DNA of 52,846 nt from a virus. Its lineage: Duplodnaviria; Caudoviricetes. The stretch spans positions 1-52,846 of IMG/VR virus record IMGVR_UViG_3300025674_000058. One strand, given 5' to 3'. The notes below the pieces were generated by a model, which ran no database searches, was not told the DNA's origin, and worked only from the letters and a program-made list of their open reading frames with translations. The position numbers and the translations under genes are program-made. Below, piece after piece: positions 47,922 to 52,846 of the stretch (the first letter of the stretch is position 1; every line of letters starts with the position of its first letter).

Positions 47922-48062
47922 CTAAAGTTTTAGTTTTATTGCGTTGTACTTTCTTTTAAGTCGGTTAAATTCTTCCATGTTTTCGGCGGCTTCGATGAGG
48001 TGCAGTAAACCGATAAGTTGCGCCAATGTATCGAAGCTACCTTCTATCCAATCCTTGTTCAT
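47922..48062 (-). CDS. small hypothetical protein (46 aa)
   Basis: MNKDWIEGSFDTLAQLIGLLHLIEAAENMEEFNRLKRKYNAIKLKL; ATGA overlap. Confidence 0.55.
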   Translation of the reverse strand: MNKDWIEGSFDTLAQLIGLLHLIEAAENMEEFNRLKRKYNAIKLKL

Positions 48063-48262
48063 CTTATGTTTATTGCGTTGCCGTCTATGAGAAGCTTTCC
48101 TCTTTCTTTGATGAGTCTAAGCACCCAAGTTGGTTCATATTGTTCAATGAGAGTGCCACGAATTTTGTTTTTCCGCGCAAAGTCAAATATCTTTTGCTTG
48201 TCGTAAGCGCAAACAATAAGTCTATTGTCGTGAATCAGTTGAAATGTTCTGTGTTTTTCCAT
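48059..48262 (-). CDS. hypothetical protein
   Basis: 67 aa in a tightly packed operon. Confidence 0.65.
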   Translation of the reverse strand: MEKHRTFQLIHDNRLIVCAYDKQKIFDFARKNKIRGTLIEQYEPTWVLRLIKERGKLLIDGNAINIR

Positions 48263-48264
48263 GA

Positions 48265-48468
48265 TTATCTTTGCGCAGCTTCGCGCCCTTTTTTAAATCC
48301 AAAATTGTAACCGCACCGATAAGACCTACAATCTAAAGGTGATAGCGGACAAGGTGGGGTAAGAGGGCAAAGTGCTGTTTGTCCTTTCACATCTCGCCAT
48401 CCCTCGCAGTAACCGTCGTTAAACCCATCGCAATAAGTGAGGGTAAGTAATAGTATTAGTGTTTTCAT
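48265..48468 (-). CDS. small Cys-rich protein with hydrophobic N-terminus
   Basis: MKTLILLLTLTYCDGFNDGYCEGW..CPLTPPCP..YRCGYNFGF. Confidence 0.7.
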   Translation of the reverse strand: MKTLILLLTLTYCDGFNDGYCEGWRDVKGQTALCPLTPPCPLSPLDCRSYRCGYNFGFKKGREAAQR

Positions 48469-48472
48469 ACCC

Positions 48473-48658
48473 CTACAAAAGTAAACAATTTATTTTGTAC
48501 TCGTCGAAAAGATTTTGTAATTCTCTTTCGGTTAGTAGTTCTCCGCCCACGATTTTGTAGCTAACTTTATCTAAGTTGTCAAATATCATAAGCTTTTCGG
48601 GTAGGTTGCGCAGTTTCGCGGCGACTACCGTTTTCCCATCTGTTGCTATTACTTGCAT
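48473..48658 (-). CDS. hypothetical protein
   Basis: 61 aa in the operon. Confidence 0.6.
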   Translation of the reverse strand: MQVIATDGKTVVAAKLRNLPEKLMIFDNLDKVSYKIVGGELLTERELQNLFDEYKINCLLL

Positions 48659-48873
48659 ATTACTTCTCCTTTGTTGTTTATAACTATGTAATGCCCCGAA
48701 ATGGGGTGAACCGAAGTTTCAATATCTACTTCTTTTGGAAAACCTAAGTGCCAACCCTCCTCAATAAAAGAGCGTGGTACTTTAGGGTATCTGTTGTCAA
48801 AATTTGTGGCGATTGTTTCGTCGCCCCTAACAAGGCTTATTCGCCCGTCTTGTACTTCTACTGTTGTTGTCAT
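48649..48873 (-). CDS. hypothetical protein
   Basis: start at MTTTVEV gives ATGA coupling with the upstream gene. Confidence 0.65.
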   Translation of the reverse strand: MTTTVEVQDGRISLVRGDETIATNFDNRYPKVPRSFIEEGWHLGFPKEVDIETSVHPISGHYIVINNKGEVICK

Positions 48874-49067
48874 CGTTGTTGTTTTTGTGCGCAATTAACA
48901 AACCCTTGCTTTAATAGCTCATTTATAAAAGCATTTAGTTTTATCCTATTCTTGAAGCAAGCAATATCAAAGAAGTCGCTCCCATCCTTGTGTTTCTTTT
49001 CTCCGTCATAGTAAGAAACTAAATACTTTACCTTTCCCACGCTGTGTTTTAAATTAAATCTCTTCAT
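48870..49067 (-). CDS. conserved small phage protein
   Basis: VGKVKYLVSYYDGEKKHKDGSDFFDIACFKN. Confidence 0.75.
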   Translation of the reverse strand: MKRFNLKHSVGKVKYLVSYYDGEKKHKDGSDFFDIACFKNRIKLNAFINELLKQGFVNCAQKQQR

Positions 49068-49091
49068 TTCATTTTTGTTTTTGTGCGCAAA

Positions 49092-49136
49092 CGCGCTGTT
49101 ATTGGCTGCTTTTAGTTAACATAGCTGCCGTTAGCA
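49092..49136 (+). mobile_element. attI-like site D
   Basis: cgcgctGTTATTGgctgcttttaGTTAACATAGCtgccG|TTAGCA; fourth copy of the motif. Confidence 0.75.
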
Positions 49137-49140
49137 AACA

Positions 49141-49317
49141 TTATAGTTGCTTAACGTCATATACCATTCCATCCAATCCGTAATCACAAGTCCATCCTTT
49201 TTGCTCTAATTCTTTTTGTATTCTATTGCACTCTGCATATAAATCTTTGTTATCATCCCAACTATCCACTATGTTTTTTACGTCTTGTGGTAAGTTTTCA
49301 TATTCTTCTGCTGTCAT
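49141..49317 (-). CDS. cassette D1 gene, 'CDYGLDG' family small protein
   Basis: 58 aa; cassette 49131-49416; GTTAGCAAA pairs perfectly with TTTGCTAAC (49328). Confidence 0.85.
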   Translation of the reverse strand: MTAEEYENLPQDVKNIVDSWDDNKDLYAECNRIQKELEQKGWTCDYGLDGMVYDVKQL

Positions 49318-49329
49318 AATTAAACGATT

Positions 49330-49422
49330 TGCTAACAAGGTATATAAGCCATACCCTATTAAGGTTATTGTTTAATTTTAAAGTTTGTGATTAGGTACGG
49401 CTTATATACCCAACCGTTATGG
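49330..49422 (+). mobile_element. attC-like site D1
   Basis: TAAC-aa-GGTATATAAGCCATACC ... GGTACGGCTTATATACC-caacc-GTTA (16/17 bp stem). Confidence 0.85.
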
Positions 49423-49456
49423 GCAAGTGTGCCGAAGCACACCCACCCGATAACAA

Positions 49457-49723
49457 TTACTTCTTTTTGGGTCTTTTTTCGGGTACTTTCTCAACAGGGT
49501 AGTAAATACCGCTTCTCTCATCTTTTTCCCATTTCCAATCAGAAGGTTTTGAAACTCCACTTGCATCGTGTTGTTTCTTTTTAGCAAAATTCCATGTTCT
49601 TAACATAAAAATTAGTATTAAACACCAGCCCATAACATCAAATATAAAACAGCAGGGATGTGGTGCTGAATCATACTGTGTACTACTATTCATCATTTGT
49701 GGTCGGCTAATAGGGTTTCGCAC
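49457..49723 (-). CDS. cassette D2 gene, small basic hypothetical protein (start uncertain)
   Basis: cassette 49417-49754; GTTATGGGC pairs perfectly with GCCCATAAC (49628); real start may be MLRTWNF. Confidence 0.55.
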   Translation of the reverse strand: MRNPISRPQMMNSSTQYDSAPHPCCFIFDVMGWCLILIFMLRTWNFAKKKQHDASGVSKPSDWKWEKDERSGIYYPVEKVPEKRPKKK

Positions 49724-49760
49724 TTAATCCCTGCCGATTTTATATTTGTAGCCGTTATAT
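49630..49760 (+). mobile_element. attC-like site D2
   Basis: TAAC-atc-AAATATAAAACAGCAGGGAT ... ATCCCTGCCGATTTTATATTT-gtagcc-GTTA, one unpaired base in the stem. Confidence 0.85.
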
Positions 49761-49952
49761 GCAATTATCTTTAACTACATCAAGAATAACCCAATCGTGA
49801 ACACCCTCTTTTTTAAACTCTTCCAACTCTCTTTCAGAGTCTAAGTAAAAGAAAATGTCATCATCATCTTCTTCTATATCTCCAATTTTTAGAATCATAT
49901 CGTCTTGTATGTTTCCGTTATCTAACCATTTTATTGTTGCTATAAATCTCAT
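49755..49952 (-). CDS. cassette D3 gene, acidic hypothetical protein
   Basis: cassette 49755-50043; stop in the GTTA core; GTTATATGC pairs perfectly with GCATATAAC (49983). Confidence 0.85.
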   Translation of the reverse strand: MRFIATIKWLDNGNIQDDMILKIGDIEEDDDDIFFYLDSERELEEFKKEGVHDWVILDVVKDNCI

Positions 49953-49984
49953 TTTAACTAATTTTTAATCTATTAATAAAAAGC

Positions 49985-50049
49985 ATATAACAATAGCTAT
50001 ATGCAAAACTCCGTTGCACTACGTTCAGCACATATCCCAACCGTTCGTT
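49985..50049 (+). mobile_element. attC-like site D3 (short, 65 bp)
   Basis: TAAC-aata-GCTATATGC ... GCACATATC-ccaacc-GTT, then backbone sequence. Confidence 0.75.
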
Positions 50050-50404
50050 AAACAAAGTTAAAAATGATTTGCGGAATTACAAGTAAAAGTAAAAACGCGG
50101 CGGCGGCTAGTCCAATAGCCAAACCAAATTCTTTTCTTATTTCGTTGTTCATATTAGTTTGTTTTTCTTCGGCGAGCCATTCGTTTACCTCATCTTCAAT
50201 AGCCCAATAGAACCGACTTTTATACAATCGTTGCGCATACTCCCAAGAAGAACAGCATTTTGCATCCCGTATTTCGTTAATGATTTCCGCGTCTGTCGTT
50301 CGATGCGTAAAAGTTTTGGTAGTTCCGTTTGTTTCTACCTCACAAGTAACAGTCCACGAGCCCTTGCCCGTGAAACTGTGTGAAAAATAAAGTTGTTTTT
50401 TCAT
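50048..50404 (-). CDS. hypothetical protein with C-terminal TM helix
   Basis: 118 aa; stop 2 nt from the last cassette core. Confidence 0.7.
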   Translation of the reverse strand: MKKQLYFSHSFTGKGSWTVTCEVETNGTTKTFTHRTTDAEIINEIRDAKCCSSWEYAQRLYKSRFYWAIEDEVNEWLAEEKQTNMNNEIRKEFGLAIGLAAAAFLLLLVIPQIIFNFV

Positions 50405-50589
50405 TGTTGTTTGTTTAAAGGTTCAACGTCATAGACTTCTCCATCAAGTCCATAGTCGCAAGTATATCCGTTTTGCTCTAATTCTAATTTAATTCTTGCA
50501 CACTCTTGGTACAAGTTTTTATTGTCATCCCAACTATCTACTATGTCTTTGATGTGTTGAGGTAGGCTTTCGTATTCGTTTTCTGTCAT
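50401..50589 (-). CDS. 'CDYGLDG' family small protein, paralogue 2
   Basis: clear alignment to 49141..49317. Confidence 0.8.
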   Translation of the reverse strand: MTENEYESLPQHIKDIVDSWDDNKNLYQECARIKLELEQNGYTCDYGLDGEVYDVEPLNKQQ

Positions 50590-50615
50590 CTTGTTTATTT
50601 TTTGTTATTCAAATT

Positions 50616-50798
50616 TTAAGTTGTTAAAATGTTCGGGCGCACGTTGTAAATAACCCCGTCAAGCCCATAATTACAAGTAAAGCCAACTGAATTTAATTCT
50701 TTGGCTATTCGCGCACACTCTTTGTATGCGTCTTTCCCTTCGTTGAAACTATCAAGAATTACTTGTATGTTTCGCGGCAAATTATCGTATTCGTTCAT
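50616..50798 (-). CDS. 'CDYGLDG' family small protein, paralogue 3
   Basis: YDNLP..ILDSF..YKECARI..EL..GFTCNYGLDG. Confidence 0.8.
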   Translation of the reverse strand: MNEYDNLPRNIQVILDSFNEGKDAYKECARIAKELNSVGFTCNYGLDGVIYNVRPNILTT

Positions 50799-50809
50799 AT
50801 CAAATATAC

Positions 50810-51049
50810 TTACTCTGACTTAAATTCACAATTCCAATCACTCATTAACTTTTCAAGCCTTTTTTTAGCTGAACCGAAAGTTTTTGAAGTGTGAATACAA
50901 GCACCATTAAAGTAAATTGAGAACCAATTAAATCTATCATTCCAAGTTATCCAACCAACCCTTAAGTCGTCAGATAAATTCCGCTCACACCATTGCTCAT
51001 TGTCAAAGTGAAAGTCTTGTCCGTTTTTTAATTCTGTTTCCCGCATCAT
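50810..51049 (-). CDS. hypothetical protein
   Basis: 79 aa ORF in the early cluster. Confidence 0.7.
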   Translation of the reverse strand: MMRETELKNGQDFHFDNEQWCERNLSDDLRVGWITWNDRFNWFSIYFNGACIHTSKTFGSAKKRLEKLMSDWNCEFKSE

Positions 51050-51068
51050 CTTATTGTTTGGTTTTTAA

Positions 51069-51347
51069 CTACACTGAATCAATATCAAAGCACCCAAAAT
51101 AGTTAACCACCTCGTCTGACTCTTCGATTATTTGCCTTAATTCGTTGATGGATACAACTTTAATGGGTGTCAAGCCGAATTTAATGTCGCTATCCATAGC
51201 TGTTATTTGTCGCAATTTATTAATTGCTGCTATCTTGGTGTCAAACCCATCGACTACCACATCCCACTTTCGATTAATTCCAACATGGTTGCCATTGTTA
51301 CCTACTAAAACATAAAAAGGCTTTTTGAATAATAATTTTGTTTTCAT
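51069..51347 (-). CDS. hypothetical protein (start MKTKLLF)
   Basis: ORF in the early cluster. Confidence 0.65.
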   Translation of the reverse strand: MKTKLLFKKPFYVLVGNNGNHVGINRKWDVVVDGFDTKIAAINKLRQITAMDSDIKFGLTPIKVVSINELRQIIEESDEVVNYFGCFDIDSV

Positions 51348-51397
51348 AGTCTCTCTTTTTAAAAAGCGGGGTAGCCTTAGCCGCGCTCCGCTCAAAC

Positions 51398-52312
51398 CTA
51401 AACTAACTCTTTATCTAACCAACCAAGCATTGTTCTGTAGGCTCTCTCATTAATCTTAGCCTCAGTCCCAAACATCAACCCGTAGTCAACATCTCTTGAT
51501 GACGTGCTGTGATTGGTGTACCTAGTTACCCCGTTAAACAAAGCCCAAAGCGTTGAGCCTTGCTCGGCAATAGACGTTTCAATGTCTTGAGATAAAGCCA
51601 TTACTTGATTCTTGCGTCTAGTACTAAGTTTGTCATTTGGTATGTCAAAGATATTACGCCCAAAGACAGTTTGCACAATCTCTCGAATGTTTTGGTTCTG
51701 TATTGATTTTGTTGATGCTTCTTCAAAGACTTGCATCTGCTTATCATCCTCTCGAATCATTCGACTAATAACTTGCACCGCCTCGTCAATACGTTGCTGC
51801 ATAGAGGAGGTGTGTCTGAACTTTGACAGTTCTTTTTGCGCCATTTGGAACGTGTTTTTACAGCAAACAACTTGGTTACCCGTACCAAAGCCAACACTAC
51901 CGCTACCGTCGTGAAAGTTGGTTACAGTTATGTATCGCTTAATGTCTGAGCGACCAATGTGTTCATCAGGTAGTTCAATCTGCATAAACACTGCCTTGCC
52001 ATCCTTTAAAGAACCGCCTCCAATGTTACCAAAAGAACCCAACGTTTCACTGTTGTCCCAAGGGTGTTTGAACTTTGCCCCCTTATCAAACAACTCACCA
52101 CCCGCGTCATATATAACGTGCGCCATGTCTTGGTTTTGCAGGAACTCATACTTGTTTCCTACAACCCCAAGTGCTTTGTTGTTGTCACTTCTTATCACCC
52201 CGTACTTGTCAGGAACTTCTATTCCGTCTACGGTTACCAATGGAGATTTTTTTACTGTCCAATTTAGACCAGTGTTCTCCAACACTTCAAATATTACTTC
52301 GTTTGTACTCAT
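51398..52312 (-). CDS. DUF932-family protein
   Basis: GLNWTV, IRSDNNKALGVVGNKYEFLQN, NFHDGSGS, VCCKNT, RHT, GSTLWALFNGVTRY; promoter box 52335-52342. Confidence 0.88.
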   Translation of the reverse strand: MSTNEVIFEVLENTGLNWTVKKSPLVTVDGIEVPDKYGVIRSDNNKALGVVGNKYEFLQNQDMAHVIYDAGGELFDKGAKFKHPWDNSETLGSFGNIGGGSLKDGKAVFMQIELPDEHIGRSDIKRYITVTNFHDGSGSVGFGTGNQVVCCKNTFQMAQKELSKFRHTSSMQQRIDEAVQVISRMIREDDKQMQVFEEASTKSIQNQNIREIVQTVFGRNIFDIPNDKLSTRRKNQVMALSQDIETSIAEQGSTLWALFNGVTRYTNHSTSSRDVDYGLMFGTEAKINERAYRTMLGWLDKELV

Positions 52313-52374
52313 TTTGTTTAAATTTAAGTTTTGCCAAACATACAAAGCCCGTTTGACTTGGGCAAATTTTCTTT

Positions 52375-52641
52375 CTAGTTTTCGACAAACTGCACGTTGC
52401 CTATTCGTGTTACTGTGTCAAAGTTAAAGGAACGATAAGCTTTTTTGTGTACGTCGTACACCTTTTGCACTAACTCAGACTTTTTCATTGGTCGTGGGTT
52501 AGGCACTAAGTACTTCTTGACGCCAGTTCTGCAAAGCATTAACCGCGTAGTGCCGTCTTTTTTTGTGAACTCTACGCTGAAGAACTTGCCTTTTTTATCT
52601 TTTATTATTTCCTTTATCATGTGTTTTTTTACTGTGTTCAT
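52375..52641 (-). CDS. small SH3-like phage protein
   Basis: GKFFSVEFTKKDGTTR.M.CRTGV, VYD....YRSF. Confidence 0.7.
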   Translation of the reverse strand: MNTVKKHMIKEIIKDKKGKFFSVEFTKKDGTTRLMLCRTGVKKYLVPNPRPMKKSELVQKVYDVHKKAYRSFNFDTVTRIGNVQFVEN

Positions 52642-52663
52642 TTTGCGTATAAATTATGTTGGT

Positions 52664-52846
52664 TTAATTGATTTTCATTTTAGTTATCATTCCCGTTTCA
52701 ATATTCACGTATTGGTTGCCGCCTCCCGTAAAATCTTTTTCGTCTTTGGCTGTTCGATATAGCATTTGCCCAAAGTTAAAGTGCCTTACGTCGGATATGC
52801 TGAAGTAATAGCACTCGTTGTCCTTTGTTCTAAAGAACCCACTTAA
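52664..52846 (-). CDS. partial conserved phage protein (runs off the right end)
   Basis: open frame LSGFFRTKDNECYYFSISDVRHF..LYRTAKDEKDFTGGGNQY.. Confidence 0.7.
   Translation of the reverse strand, partial: LSGFFRTKDNECYYFSISDVRHFNFGQMLYRTAKDEKDFTGGGNQYVNIETGMITKMKIN

Noticed and set aside
46416-50049. CRISPR or mini-CRISPR array
   Set aside because: Repeats are non-identical hairpins separated by 200-700 bp gene-containing units, not constant repeats with 30-40 bp spacers.
49330-50049. Hairpins as simple terminators
   Set aside because: No U-tracts, long loops, conserved AAC/GTT ends with asymmetric spacers, and cross-matching cores between neighbouring units.
52664-52846. Window is a complete circular genome
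   Set aside because: The partial ORFs at the two ends do not join in frame and no terminal repeat is seen, so absence of an integrase applies only to this window.

Overview
A 52.8 kb segment of a lytic-type tailed phage of Bacteroidota (podovirus-like, distantly crAss-like virion module), with partial genes at both ends. It carries RecA, a DUF3127 SSB, GroES-like proteins, terminase, portal, scaffold, major capsid, ring and muzzle proteins, three ejection proteins (one a 2672 aa polyvalent protein), tail fibre, lysis genes, a T7-endonuclease-I-like resolvase, a primase-helicase and a minus-strand cluster of small early genes. More than 20 Bacteroidota TAnnTTTG (-7) promoter boxes precede genes. 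The main discovery is a dispersed integron-like cassette system. Four copies of a conserved ~45 bp non-palindromic attI-like site (7558, 16290, 46416, 49092) occur; three of them head short arrays (1, 2 plus a remnant, and 3 cassettes) delimited by six attC-like hairpins whose cores pair with the start of their own cassette. All cassette genes are inverted relative to canonical integrons and appear to be read from phage promoters or operons at the far end. Some genes start inside the attC loop, and one cassette gene has two non-cassette paralogues nearby. No integrase is encoded in the window. All protein calls are by motif recognition, not database search.
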